NCBI GenBank assembly: GCA_036149055.1
Contig: JAYZQJ010000076.1
Span: forward strand, 1 to 57,493
Reading direction: 5' to 3'
Source: Myxococcota bacterium
Lineage (GTDB): Bacteria > Myxococcota_A > Polyangia > Polyangiales > Sandaracinaceae
Length of the DNA stretch: 57,493 nt
Numbering within the stretch: position 1 is the first letter of the stretch; every line of letters begins with the position of its first letter. A program made the translations under genes and the position numbers. Below the pieces are notes generated by a model, which made no database searches, was not told the DNA's origin, and saw nothing but the letters and a program-made list of their open reading frames with translations. Positions 9,578-19,293 of this stretch are shown in pieces.

Positions 9578-10492
9578 ATGCCCCGCGGATTCTTCACCCA
9601 GAGCGCGACCGTGCTCTTCACCGAGGCGCCCTCCATCGACGCGGTCGAGGCCGCGCTCGCGTCTCTCGGCGCGCCGATCCAGCGGCGGGAGACCGACCCG
9701 GGCTGGATCTCGGGCGGGGCGGAGCTGCTCGTGCCGTTCGGCGAGGCGCCCGCGGGCGTGGTGCACGTGGACGTGCTCGACGCGCCGTGGCCCGACGACA
9801 TGGGGCACCCCGAGGAGCGCCCGGACGTGTTCGCGGCGTGGACCATGGGCGCCTTCGGTCCGCAGGCGTTCCCGCACAACCTCGCGCGCGCCGGGCAGCA
9901 GGCGGTGGCCTTCCCGGAGGCGGGCGAGGCGATCGCGGCCCACCGGGGCCTGGTGCGGCTGCGCACGAGCTACCTCGTCGGCGCGGGCACGGAGGCGCCG
10001 GTGATGCCGGAGGGGTGGAACCCGCTGGCGGAGATCGACGCGCTGCTCCAGGTCGGCGCCCCGCTCCTCGACCTCGACGGCGCGTGCGCGTGGTTCGACC
10101 CGAACGCCGAGGTGATCTTCCCGATCCCGCTGATGCGGGAGGTCGTCGCCTCCGGCGAGGCGCCCCCGCTCGAGGTCTTCACCCACGTGCGCCTCTTCCA
10201 GATCGACGAGGAGTGGGCGCTGATGGACACCAACGGGCTCGAGCGATGCGCCCTGCCGGACGTCGAGGTGCTGTTGCCGCGCCGCGTCGACCCGAACGAG
10301 GTCGCGGACTTCCTGCGCAGCCTCACCGCCTACCTGCTCGAGAACGGCCCGGTCATGGAAGACGGCCACACCACCGAGAGCCCCTTCGGCGTGCTCGCGG
10401 TGCACGCACGCGACGAGTCCCTCACCGCCCCACCCCGCGCGGTGCTCCGCCTCGTCCCCGAAGGCGCCCGTCTCCCCGACGGCGCCTTGTAA
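9578..10492 (+). CDS. DUF4261-like domain protein
   Basis: C-terminal MDTNGLERCALPDVE...VADFLRSLTAYLLENGPVMEDGHT pattern typical of DUF4261. Confidence 0.7.
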   Translation: MPRGFFTQSATVLFTEAPSIDAVEAALASLGAPIQRRETDPGWISGGAELLVPFGEAPAGVVHVDVLDAPWPDDMGHPEERPDVFAAWTMGAFGPQAFPHNLARAGQQAVAFPEAGEAIAAHRGLVRLRTSYLVGAGTEAPVMPEGWNPLAEIDALLQVGAPLLDLDGACAWFDPNAEVIFPIPLMREVVASGEAPPLEVFTHVRLFQIDEEWALMDTNGLERCALPDVEVLLPRRVDPNEVADFLRSLTAYLLENGPVMEDGHTTESPFGVLAVHARDESLTAPPRAVLRLVPEGARLPDGAL

Positions 10493-10512
10493 GCCTCCGA
10501 CGCTTACAAGGC
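10484..10512. terminator. Perfect 11-bp stem hairpin at the end of the DUF4261 gene
   Basis: gccttgtaagc-ctccgac-gcttacaaggc overlaps the TAA stop. Confidence 0.55.
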
Positions 10513-10553
10513 CGGGGACGCTCGTCGTCATATCGTCATTCGGCCGCGCCCAT

Positions 10554-10583
10554 TTGACAACATTGAGAGTCACTATCATTATC
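10554..10583 (+). promoter_or_regulatory. sigma70 promoter overlapped by a Fur box
   Basis: TTGACA (10554-10559)-17 bp-CATTAT; GAGAGTCACTATCATTATC (10565-10583) matches GATAATGATAATCATTATC at 14/19; directly upstream of the TonB receptor. Confidence 0.8.
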
Positions 10584-10593
10584 GCGCCGCCTG

Positions 10594-13044
10594 ATGTTCG
10601 GCCGTCGCCTCGTCACTGTGTGTCTCGTGCTCCTCGGGTCGACGGGCCACGCCCTCGCCCAGATGGAGGCGCCTCGCGTGGAGGTGGCGCCGGGCGCGGA
10701 GCCGGTGGCGCGCGAGGCGTTCGGCGAGCGGGACGAGGTGGCCGTGGTCCTGCGGCTCACCGTCGGCGAGGACGGCGCGGTGCGCGAGGCGGAGATCGTC
10801 GAGCCGGCCGGGGCGCCCTTCGACGCGGCGGCCCGGGCGGCGCTGCTCGACGCGAGGTTCGCGCCCGCCCGACGCGACGGGGAGCCAGTCGCGGCCCGGA
10901 TCGCGTATCGCTTCGTGTTCCGCCGACCGCCCCCGCCCGAGCCGGAGATCGAGCCCGCGACCGAGCCGGAGGCGACGCCCGAGCCCCCGCCGGAGGCGGA
11001 AGAGACCGAGCTCGGGGTGACCGCGCAGGTGGAGGTGGAGCCGGAGACGGCGCGGGAGCGCTCCGCGGAGGCGGTCGACGTGGTCGACACCGGCGCGCAA
11101 CGCCACCGCGCCCGCGACCTCGGGGACGCCCTCGCCCGAGAGCCGGGCGTGTCCGTGCGGCGCTCGGGGGCGGTGGGCGCGCCCAGCACGATCGCGCTCG
11201 CCGGCCTCGAGGGCGACCAGGTCCGCGTCTTCCTCGACGGCGTGCCGCTCGAGGTGGCGGGGTTCCCGTTCGGCCTGGCCAACGTGCCGATCGCGCTCGT
11301 CGATCGGGTGGAGGTCTACCGGGGGGTGGTCCCGATCCGCTTCGGCGCCGACGCCCTCGGGGGCGCGATCGATCTCGTGACCTCGGACCGCTTCGCGCGC
11401 ACCTTCGCGCTCGGCAGCTACCAGGTCGGCTCCTTCGGCACCTATCGCGGCTCGCTGGTCGCGCGGACCCACGACCCGGGCTCCGGGTTCACCGCCGGGG
11501 TCACCGCGTTCGCCGACCACGCCGACAACGACTACCCGATCGACGTCGAGCTCGCCGACGCGCGCGGGCGCCTCTCCCCCGCCCGCGTCCGCCGCTTCCA
11601 CGACGCCTACGACGCCCTCGGGCTCTCGGTGGACGCCGGCTTCGTCGACCGACCGTGGGCGCGCCGCCTCACCGTCCGCGCCTTCGGCTCCGGCTACGAC
11701 AAGGAGCTGCAGCACGACCGCGCGATGACCCGCCCCTACGGCGACGTCGAGTACGGCGAGCGGGTCTACGGCGGCAGCCTCGTCTACGAGGTCGACGATC
11801 TCTTCGGGGAAGACGCGGCCCTCTCGCTCGTCAGCGGCCTGTCGCATCGGCAGATCGACTTCCTCGACGTCGGCGAGCGGATCGTCGACTGGCGCGGCGA
11901 GACCCTCCGCGCCCGCCGCTCTCCCGGCGAGATCGACGGGCAGGCCTCCGATCGCAGCTTCTGGCAGTGGAGCTCGTACACCCGGCTCCACGCGCGCTGG
12001 GCCCCGACGCCGGACCACGAGCTGCGCGTGTCGTTCAGCCCGACCTTCGACACCCGCACCGGCGAGGAGCGCCGCGCCGATCCCGCGCTCCGCGATCCGC
12101 TCGGCGCCGAGCGCGAGCTCTTCCGCGCGGTCAGCGGCCTGAGCTACCGCCTCCGCCTCTTTGGAGACGTCGTCGAGAACGTGGTGTTCGCGAAGCACTA
12201 CTTCTTCTCGATCTCGGCCGAGGAGGCGCTGCCGGCCAACGTCTACCGCCGGCTCGATCAGGCCCTGCATCACGCCGGCTTCGGGGACGCGCTCCGAGTC
12301 CACGCCACCGAGTGGCTGTGGATCAAGGCGTCGTACGAGTACGCGACCCGCCTGCCGAACGCCGCGGAGGTCTTCGGGGACGGCGCGCTGGTCGGGCCCA
12401 ACCTCGAGCTCCGGCCGGAGATCGGGCACAACGTCAACGTCGGCGCGCAGCTGGATCACCGGGAGGCGGGCTCGGGCCGCTGGCGCGCGGAGGCCACCTT
12501 CTTCCTGCGCCTCGTGGACGACTTCATCACGCCGCTCGGCGTCGAGACCCTCTCGTACGAGAACATCCGGGAGGTCCCCACCGTCGGCGGCGCGGCGAGC
12601 GTCGGCTGGGAGTCGCCGAGCCGGTACGTCTCGGTCCGCGTCGACGGGACCCTCCAGGACCAGCGCAGCCAGGCGAGCGAGGGGCCGTTCGCGCGCTTCC
12701 AGGGCGATCGGATCCCGAACCGCCCCTGGGCGTTCGCGAACGCGCGGGCCGCGCTGCGCTGGCCGTCGCTCCTCACCGGCGGGGACGCGATCCGGCTCGA
12801 GTGGGACCTCCGCTACGTGCACGAGTTCTTCCGGGGATGGGAGAGCCAGGGGGCGCGCGACTCCAAGGACGTCATCCCGTCCCAGCTCGTCACCGGGCTC
12901 GCCCTCTCCTATCGGCTGCCGCGACCGGTGGCCATCACCACGACCTTCGAGGTCCAGAACCTCACCGATGAGCGCGTCTACGACCTGTTCGGTGTTCAGA
13001 GACCCGGCCGGAGCTTCTTCCTGAAGCTCACCGCCGAGCTCTGA
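10594..13044 (+). CDS. TonB-dependent siderophore receptor (MxcH-like) with an N-terminal TonB C-terminal domain
   Basis: Signal peptide; TonB_C-like VVLRLTVGEDGAV...RFAPARRDGEPV; plug motifs VFLDGVP and RVEVYRGVVPIRFGADALGGAI; C-terminal NLTDERVYD...PGRSFFLKLTAEL. Confidence 0.9.
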   Translation: MFGRRLVTVCLVLLGSTGHALAQMEAPRVEVAPGAEPVAREAFGERDEVAVVLRLTVGEDGAVREAEIVEPAGAPFDAAARAALLDARFAPARRDGEPVAARIAYRFVFRRPPPPEPEIEPATEPEATPEPPPEAEETELGVTAQVEVEPETARERSAEAVDVVDTGAQRHRARDLGDALAREPGVSVRRSGAVGAPSTIALAGLEGDQVRVFLDGVPLEVAGFPFGLANVPIALVDRVEVYRGVVPIRFGADALGGAIDLVTSDRFARTFALGSYQVGSFGTYRGSLVARTHDPGSGFTAGVTAFADHADNDYPIDVELADARGRLSPARVRRFHDAYDALGLSVDAGFVDRPWARRLTVRAFGSGYDKELQHDRAMTRPYGDVEYGERVYGGSLVYEVDDLFGEDAALSLVSGLSHRQIDFLDVGERIVDWRGETLRARRSPGEIDGQASDRSFWQWSSYTRLHARWAPTPDHELRVSFSPTFDTRTGEERRADPALRDPLGAERELFRAVSGLSYRLRLFGDVVENVVFAKHYFFSISAEEALPANVYRRLDQALHHAGFGDALRVHATEWLWIKASYEYATRLPNAAEVFGDGALVGPNLELRPEIGHNVNVGAQLDHREAGSGRWRAEATFFLRLVDDFITPLGVETLSYENIREVPTVGGAASVGWESPSRYVSVRVDGTLQDQRSQASEGPFARFQGDRIPNRPWAFANARAALRWPSLLTGGDAIRLEWDLRYVHEFFRGWESQGARDSKDVIPSQLVTGLALSYRLPRPVAITTTFEVQNLTDERVYDLFGVQRPGRSFFLKLTAEL

Positions 13045-13061
13045 GGCGCGCGGGAGAAACC

Positions 13062-14342
13062 ATGAAGCACTTCACTCGTTCGACTCGCTGGCTCGTCGCG
13101 GCCGGCGCCCTCCTCCTCCTCGCGGCGTGTGACGGCGAGGCGGACACGCCCGACGCGGGCTCCGAGCCCACCCCCGACGCCGGACCCGCGCTCGACGACG
13201 CCGGCCCCGGCGCCCCCGACGCCGGCGAGCCGATGGCGGAGCCGATGTACGTGCTGCAGTCTGCGGTGCAGACCACCGACGATCGGCTCAGCTACTTCAC
13301 CGTCGTGCGCTCGCTGACCGAGGCGACCGAGGTCGAGTACGACGCCTCCATCGAGGTCCCTGGCCGGGCCCGGCTCTACGGCGGTGAGGGCCTCGGCTTC
13401 TTCGTCGTCGGCGACGGCGAGGACGTGAGCCTCACCCGCTACGACGTGGCCGAAGACGGCACGCTCGCCGAGGGCGCGCGCCTCTCGTTCCAGGCGCTCG
13501 GCGTCACGAGCCTCGGGGCGCAGGCGGTCGCGTTCGCGAGCCCGACCCTCGCCTACTACAAGGACCCCGGCCAGGCGCAGGTCATCGTCTGGGACCCGAG
13601 CGCGATGGAGATCGTCGACACGATCGAGCTCCCCGCGTCCGTGCTCCGCGACGGCTACCGCACCAGCTACGGCGACTGGGCCGAGGACGACGGGCACGTC
13701 TACTTCACGGTCGTGCACTACAGCCCCACCTACGACGCGGTGGCGCCGGGCACCCAGCTCGTCCGCATCGACACCGCGACGCAGGAGGTGACGGTGCTCG
13801 AGGACGATCGCTGCCGCGGGCTCTCGGACGCGGCGGTCGTCGACGGCGACATCTACTACTTCAGCAACGTCATCAACGCCTTCGGTCACGCGGTCTCGCC
13901 GGGTGAGTCCGGCCAGGCGAACTGCATGCTGCGGATCCGCGCCGGCGAGGACGCCTTCGACGCCGACTGGGTCGGGGGCGTGACCGATCGCCTGCCCGAG
14001 AACACGAGCGCCACCGTGGTCACCGCGACCGGCGACACGCTCTGGGCGCAGGTGGTGGACCTGGCCGTCGCCCCGACCGCGCCGGGGACGACCTACAGCG
14101 AGTGGTACGAGAACGGCTGGCGCTGGCACCGGCTCACCCTCGCCGGCGAGGACGTCGCGACGCCGGTCACCGAGGAGGCGGGCGCCTACTCCAGCTTCGC
14201 CATCGCCCAGCCCGACTTCTTCCTCCTCGCGGTGGCCGAGGCGGACTACTCGAGCACGACCCTCGTGGACGTCTCCGGCGCGACGCCGAGCGACGGCCTC
14301 ACCTTCGCCGGGTTCGCGCTCGACGCGCTCCGGGTCCGCTGA
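13062..14342 (+). CDS. MxcI-like lipoprotein associated with the TonB receptor
   Basis: Lipobox LAAC, DAG-rich linker, beta-rich body, position downstream of an MxcH-like receptor. Confidence 0.7.
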   Translation: MKHFTRSTRWLVAAGALLLLAACDGEADTPDAGSEPTPDAGPALDDAGPGAPDAGEPMAEPMYVLQSAVQTTDDRLSYFTVVRSLTEATEVEYDASIEVPGRARLYGGEGLGFFVVGDGEDVSLTRYDVAEDGTLAEGARLSFQALGVTSLGAQAVAFASPTLAYYKDPGQAQVIVWDPSAMEIVDTIELPASVLRDGYRTSYGDWAEDDGHVYFTVVHYSPTYDAVAPGTQLVRIDTATQEVTVLEDDRCRGLSDAAVVDGDIYYFSNVINAFGHAVSPGESGQANCMLRIRAGEDAFDADWVGGVTDRLPENTSATVVTATGDTLWAQVVDLAVAPTAPGTTYSEWYENGWRWHRLTLAGEDVATPVTEEAGAYSSFAIAQPDFFLLAVAEADYSSTTLVDVSGATPSDGLTFAGFALDALRVR

Positions 14343-14357
14343 CCGGACGAGGTCCCC

Positions 14358-15878
14358 GTGAAGCTGCCGCGCCACGCCTTCCGGATCTACTGGGACGCGC
14401 ACGCCTGGGCAGGCATCGCGCTGGCGATCATCGTCAACGCGATGTTCTTCACGGGGATCTTCGCCCTCTTCCGCGACGAGATCTTCGTCTGGCAGGACCC
14501 GCGGGCGCACTCGGTCGAGGGCTGCGAAGGCGCGCTCGACGAGGTGATCGCGAGCGCGACCGCGGCGGCCGGCTTCACGGTCCGCGCGGCCACCGTGTCC
14601 TACCTCGACGCCGGCTGCGCGCCGCTGCGCGTCTCTCTCTCCGGCCAGGACGCGGGCGGCGCGGCGCGCGAGGCGACGCTCACGATGGACCGCCGCGCCG
14701 GCCCTCCGCTCGCCCCGCGCTCGGTGGTCGGCACCTTCCTCTTCTACTTCCACTTCTTCTACGAGCCGCGCGTCCTCGGGCGCGGCGGCATGATCGCGGC
14801 CGGCCTCGTCGGCGCGTGGATGCTCCTCGTGCTCGTCACGGGCGTGCTCGTGCACCTGAAGGACCTGCGCCGTCAGCTCCACCAGATGCGCGCCGATCGC
14901 GGGCGGCGCGTCGCGTGGTCCGACGCGCACAAGGTCCTGGGCGTCATGGGCCTGCCCTTCCAGACGCTCATGGTGCTCACCGGCTCCATCGTCTGCCTGG
15001 CGACCCCGATCGCGATGCTCTGGTCCCAGGTCGTCTTCGGCGGAGACACCTCGCTCACCCGCGCGGCGCTCTTCGACCGGCCGGCGCCCGCGACGCCCAC
15101 CGGAGAGGCGGTCCTCGGCTGGCGCTCGCTCGACGCGCTGCTGGCCGACGCGGAGGCCGCGGTGCCCGGCCTCCGCCCGCGCTCGATCCGGCTGCGAGAG
15201 CTGGGCGACGCCAGCGCGGAGGCGACGGTGGCCGGGCGCGCGCCGGGTCTCTTCGGCGACGCCGAGGTCACCCTCTCCGCCGTGGACGGTCGCGTGCGCT
15301 CGGTGCGCGCGCCCGGCCGGGAGCGGACGATGCGCACCGCGCTGCGCTGGATCTACGGGTTCCACTTCGCGTGGATCGGAGGGGTCGCGGCGCGCGTGCT
15401 CTACGCGCTGCTCGGCTTGCTCGGCTGCGCGACCATCCTGAGCGGGAGCTGGGTCTGGCTCGAGCGGCGAGATCGCGAGCGTCGACGCCGCGGGCACCGG
15501 ATCCTCGGCAAGGTCACCGTGGGGCTGGGGCTGGGGATCGCCACCGCGGTGGGCGCGATGTTCGCGGTCAACCGGATCGTCCCGATGTCGGCGCCGTGGC
15601 ACGCCGACGCCGAGGTCGCCGCGTTCGTCCTCGGGTGGCTGGCCGCGCTCGGCGTCGGGCTGGCGTCGGACGAGCGGCGGGGCGCGACGCGGGTGCTCGC
15701 CCTGACCGCCGCGCTCTTCGGGCTCGCGGTGTCGCTCGGCCCGCTCCGCACGCCACTCCACCTCTTCGGCGCCCTCGCCCACGGGGCCCACGCGATCGTC
15801 ACCGTGGAACTGCTCCTGCTCTCGGCGGCCGCCCTCGCTGGCGTGGGCGCCTGGGCGCTCGGCCGGAGGCGGGGATGA
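14358..15878 (+). CDS. PepSY-associated TM helix protein (iron-regulated membrane protein)
   Basis: HAWAG, FFTG, HKVLG, FHFA His-containing TM motifs. Confidence 0.88.
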   Translation: MKLPRHAFRIYWDAHAWAGIALAIIVNAMFFTGIFALFRDEIFVWQDPRAHSVEGCEGALDEVIASATAAAGFTVRAATVSYLDAGCAPLRVSLSGQDAGGAAREATLTMDRRAGPPLAPRSVVGTFLFYFHFFYEPRVLGRGGMIAAGLVGAWMLLVLVTGVLVHLKDLRRQLHQMRADRGRRVAWSDAHKVLGVMGLPFQTLMVLTGSIVCLATPIAMLWSQVVFGGDTSLTRAALFDRPAPATPTGEAVLGWRSLDALLADAEAAVPGLRPRSIRLRELGDASAEATVAGRAPGLFGDAEVTLSAVDGRVRSVRAPGRERTMRTALRWIYGFHFAWIGGVAARVLYALLGLLGCATILSGSWVWLERRDRERRRRGHRILGKVTVGLGLGIATAVGAMFAVNRIVPMSAPWHADAEVAAFVLGWLAALGVGLASDERRGATRVLALTAALFGLAVSLGPLRTPLHLFGALAHGAHAIVTVELLLLSAAALAGVGAWALGRRRG

Positions 15879-16186
15879 TCGCGGGCCTCGCCTGGGCGTG
15901 GCTGAGCTACGCGGCGCTGTTCGCGACCCGACGGGCGCCGGGCGGGCGGACCCATCGCCGGCGCGTCCCCGGCGCGCTGCTCGCGTGCGCCGCCTTCGGG
16001 CTCAGCGCGAGCGCGCTCACCGACGTCGAGCCCGGCCCGGGCGGGCTACTCCTCGCAGGCCTGGCCTGGACCGCCGCCGCGTCCGCGCTCCCGCTCGCGG
16101 CGACGTCGCGGCGCGGCCTCCGGGCGAGCCTCGCGCTCGCAGGCCTGGCCGCCGCGCTGGGCACGCTCGAGAGGGCGTGGCGCTGA
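15875..16186 (+). CDS. Small membrane protein (DUF3325-like partner of PepSY_TM)
   Basis: MIAGLAWAWLSY..., hydrophobic 103 aa, ATGA overlap with the PepSY gene. Confidence 0.6.
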   Translation: MIAGLAWAWLSYAALFATRRAPGGRTHRRRVPGALLACAAFGLSASALTDVEPGPGGLLLAGLAWTAAASALPLAATSRRGLRASLALAGLAAALGTLERAWR

Positions 16187-16187
16187 G

Positions 16188-16697
16188 ATGCGGGCCCTCT
16201 CGACCGTGCACGCCGTGCTCGGGCCGCTCGTCGCCGCGGCGCTGCTCGGGGCGTGTCTCGCCGTCGCGGTCCCCGGCGACGCGGGCCTCGCGCTCGGCAT
16301 CGTGGGCACCCTCCCGCTCTGGGTCGCCGGCACCTGCCTCGCCCTGCTCGACGACCGGACCTGGCGCGCCGCGGCCGGCACCGCGGTGACCGTCGCCGGC
16401 GCGGCGGCGTTCCTCGCGTCAGCCGAACCCGTGCACGAAGCGGCCGAGCACGAGCAGGGCCACCACGACGCCGAGGCTCGCCCGGCCGAGGCGCTCGAAG
16501 AGGGGCGAGGGGTCGGCGGCGCCGGGCCGGGCGATGCGGCGCGCGAGCGGCAGGCCGACGAGGATCTGGAGCGCGGCGGTGATCGAGAGGCCGAGGGCGA
16601 GCTCCCAGGGGAGGTCGTCGAGCGTCCAGGCCACCGAGGCGACCCCGACGTTGGCCACGAGGTTGAGGGCGAAGCCCCAACCCCGCATGCGCAGTAG
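16188..16697 (+). CDS. Small membrane protein whose ORF runs into the convergent gene
   Basis: First ~78 aa hydrophobic (3 TM), starting 1 nt after the previous stop; the remainder looks like antisense read-through. Confidence 0.5.
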   Translation: MRALSTVHAVLGPLVAAALLGACLAVAVPGDAGLALGIVGTLPLWVAGTCLALLDDRTWRAAAGTAVTVAGAAAFLASAEPVHEAAEHEQGHHDAEARPAEALEEGRGVGGAGPGDAARERQADEDLERGGDREAEGELPGEVVERPGHRGDPDVGHEVEGEAPTPHAQ

Positions 16698-17219
16698 CCC
16701 GAAGACCGCGGCGAACATCGCGAAGGAGCCGATCGAGAAGAACGCGACCAGCGCGGGCTCCGGGCGCCAGGCGTTCTCCACGTGGCCGAGCAGGTTGGTG
16801 CCCAGGACGAGCGCGTCGGTCATCGCGAGGATGAGGATCAGGACGATCACGGAGCGGAACGCGACGGGCACGAAGCCCTTCGACACCGCCGGCCGGGTGA
16901 GACCGTCGCGCGGGAGCGCCAGCAGCGCCCCGGCGCTCCCGAACCCGAGCGAGAAGAACACCCGCGTGGGATTGGCGCCCGGCGCGTCGACGACGCACGA
17001 GCCGAAGGTCGCCCAGAAGAGGTAGGCCCAGAGGATCGATCGGGTCAGGAGCTGCGCCTCGAGGCGCGGCACCCAGAGCAGCGCCGCCGCGACGAACGGC
17101 GCGCCCAGGAGCACCCAGCCGATGGCGGCGTCCGGGACGTCGTCGATGCCGGTGCAGAGGATGGCGCCCATCGCGAAGAGGCTGGCGAGGGCGAGGCGGG
17201 CGGCGCGGGGCACGTTCAT
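16419..17219 (-). CDS. Hypothetical polytopic membrane protein
   Basis: MNVPRAARLALASLF..., about 8-9 hydrophobic segments. Confidence 0.7.
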   Translation of the reverse strand: MNVPRAARLALASLFAMGAILCTGIDDVPDAAIGWVLLGAPFVAAALLWVPRLEAQLLTRSILWAYLFWATFGSCVVDAPGANPTRVFFSLGFGSAGALLALPRDGLTRPAVSKGFVPVAFRSVIVLILILAMTDALVLGTNLLGHVENAWRPEPALVAFFSIGSFAMFAAVFGLLRMRGWGFALNLVANVGVASVAWTLDDLPWELALGLSITAALQILVGLPLARRIARPGAADPSPLFERLGRASLGVVVALLVLGRFVHGFG

Positions 17220-17295
17220 GAGGTCGCAGACTCCATTCGCCCAGTCGAGTTCCACGGGCGCTGCTTGGACCCGGCGCCGGCGCGCTCCTTGGCCC

Positions 17296-18369
17296 TCAGC
17301 TGCGCTCGAGCGCGCCGCGGGCCACGAGCTTCTCGAGCACCAGGGAGACGAAGGGCGGCAGCTCACCCGGGCAAGCGAGCAGCGCGTCCTCGAGCGCGAA
17401 CGGCTCCGCGCGGGCGGCGAGCCACCGCGCGAGCGCCTCCATGGCCGGATCCACGGAGAAGCGTACGTCGCCGACCACGAGATCCATTCCCTCGAGCCGC
17501 ACCGCGCCGGTCCAGGCGTAGCGCGCCACCGCGTCGACCCGGGTCGCCTGCGCCGAGGCGCGCGCCAGGATGCGCTCGCCGTCCGCCGGCGGGAGCGCCG
17601 CGATGAGCCGATCGAGCTCGGCCGCCACCGCCGCGCGCGCGCTCGGGTCGCCGGCCGCGCCCAGGGCCATCGCGCGCCACCGCGGGTCCGCGCTCAGCCG
17701 CGCCCGGAGGTCGTCGAGGTAGAGGTCGAGGTAGCGCGGCCCCTTCACCGTGAAGGTGAGCGCGAGCGACGGCCCCTCGCTCCTCGTCTCGTGCCACGCC
17801 CCGTGCGGCAGGAAGACCACGTCGCCGGGCCCGACCTCGCTCTCGACCGCGCCCTCCGGCATCTCGGCGCGCGAGTGATGGCTGCGGAGGGGAGCCTCGA
17901 CGTCGCGGTTCGGCGCCACCCGCCAGCGCTTCCGGCCGCGGAGCTGCACGTTGAAGTTGAGGTCGAGATCGTAGTGCAGCCCCACGACGCTCGGCCCGGG
18001 CGCCCAGAACGCCTCGCACGTCACCTGCGCCGGCGGCACCCCCAGCTCGCCCGCGAGCCGCACGCAGAGGCGACGGAGCCTCCGGTCCGCGTGGTGCAGA
18101 TCCATGAGGTACACGACGCGCCCGCGCTCGTAGAACGCCTTGGCGTCGGGCCCGTGGCGGAGCGGCGGCACGAAGCCCTCCCCGTCGAACACCGCCACCT
18201 GCGGCGCGGCGCGCAGCGCGACGTCGAGATCCTCGAGCACCGGCACCCCCTCGAGCGCGGCGAGCAGCGGAGCTCCCGCGCGCATCACCCGGTGGGTGTG
18301 GGGCCACGCGCCGCGGAGGAAGGCGTCGGCGTCGCCGGTGAGCAGCGTCAGCGTCGAGGGCTCGGGCAC
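17296..18369 (-). CDS. JmjC/cupin Fe(II)/2-oxoglutarate oxygenase (YcfD/ROX-like)
   Basis: HxD...H triad (LHYDLDLNFNVQLRGRKRW; GDVVFLPHGAWHET) and a C-terminal winged-helix-like tail; GTG start inferred. Confidence 0.85.
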   Translation of the reverse strand: MPEPSTLTLLTGDADAFLRGAWPHTHRVMRAGAPLLAALEGVPVLEDLDVALRAAPQVAVFDGEGFVPPLRHGPDAKAFYERGRVVYLMDLHHADRRLRRLCVRLAGELGVPPAQVTCEAFWAPGPSVVGLHYDLDLNFNVQLRGRKRWRVAPNRDVEAPLRSHHSRAEMPEGAVESEVGPGDVVFLPHGAWHETRSEGPSLALTFTVKGPRYLDLYLDDLRARLSADPRWRAMALGAAGDPSARAAVAAELDRLIAALPPADGERILARASAQATRVDAVARYAWTGAVRLEGMDLVVGDVRFSVDPAMEALARWLAARAEPFALEDALLACPGELPPFVSLVLEKLVARGALERS

Positions 18370-18386
18370 GCGGGCAGCATAGACCG

Positions 18387-19244
18387 TCAGCTCCGCTGCG
18401 CCTCGCGCCACGCGGTGGGGGTGGAGCCGGTGATCCGCCGGAAGAGCGCGCTCAGGTGCTGCGGCGTGGAGCAGCCGACCTCGTAGGCGATGCGCGAGAC
18501 GGTGAGCGTGGAGCCGGCGAGCCGACGCTGGGCCTCGAGGACCTGCACCCGCGCGACCTCCTCCCGGAACGTCGTGCCGTGACCGCCGAGCTTGCGCTGG
18601 AGCGTGCGCACCGACGTGCCCAGGTCGCGCGCGACCGTCTCCACGTCGACCTCGGGCAGCCGCGCGGTGATGACGCGCCGCAGATCCCGGACGAGCTCGG
18701 GCACGTCGCTGAGCCGCTCCGCGAGCGCCGCGAGCCCGGCGAGCTCGGAGGTCGGCGCGCCGATCCACCCCGCGGCGGCGTCGAGGTCATCGAAGGTGCG
18801 GACCGGGTACGGCGACTCGAGGGTCTCGTAGAAGCCCGCGGCCAGCGCGCCGACGAAGCCGCCCGGCCGCACCACCGCGAGCCGGGTCACGTAGCGGCGC
18901 ATCGCCTCGCGGTGCGCCTGCACGTAGCGGATCAGCACCTCGAACGCGGGCGCGCCGATCCGCTCTACCCGCCGGGCGTCGATCAGCGACGCGTGGGGCA
19001 CGGCCGGCGGCGAGAGCTCGAGCGCGAACAGCCTCACGAGCGCCTCGAGGTCCTCGTCGTTCGGCTCACCCCAGAGCACCGTCAGGCAGCGCTCCGGCCC
19101 CGGCCACGCGTAGAGCCAGCTCGGGCCCCCGAGCCAGCGGCCGACCGGATCGCGGGCCAGGTCGGCGAAGCTCGCGGCCGGCGTGGCGCCGAGAGACACG
19201 ACTTCGGCGCCCCCTCGAACACTCCCCTCGCGCCCGTCCCCCAT
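18387..19244 (-). CDS. AraC family transcriptional regulator
   Basis: C-terminal double HTH (VARDLGTSVRTLQRKL; IAYEVGCSTPQHLSALFRRITGSTPTAWR); start uncertain (19244 or GTG 19199). Confidence 0.9.
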   Translation of the reverse strand: MGDGREGSVRGGAEVVSLGATPAASFADLARDPVGRWLGGPSWLYAWPGPERCLTVLWGEPNDEDLEALVRLFALELSPPAVPHASLIDARRVERIGAPAFEVLIRYVQAHREAMRRYVTRLAVVRPGGFVGALAAGFYETLESPYPVRTFDDLDAAAGWIGAPTSELAGLAALAERLSDVPELVRDLRRVITARLPEVDVETVARDLGTSVRTLQRKLGGHGTTFREEVARVQVLEAQRRLAGSTLTVSRIAYEVGCSTPQHLSALFRRITGSTPTAWREAQRS

Positions 19245-19293
19245 GCTCTTGCAACCTGCCCAAGCGGGGCCGGGAGATCCAGAGGAGACCGCC

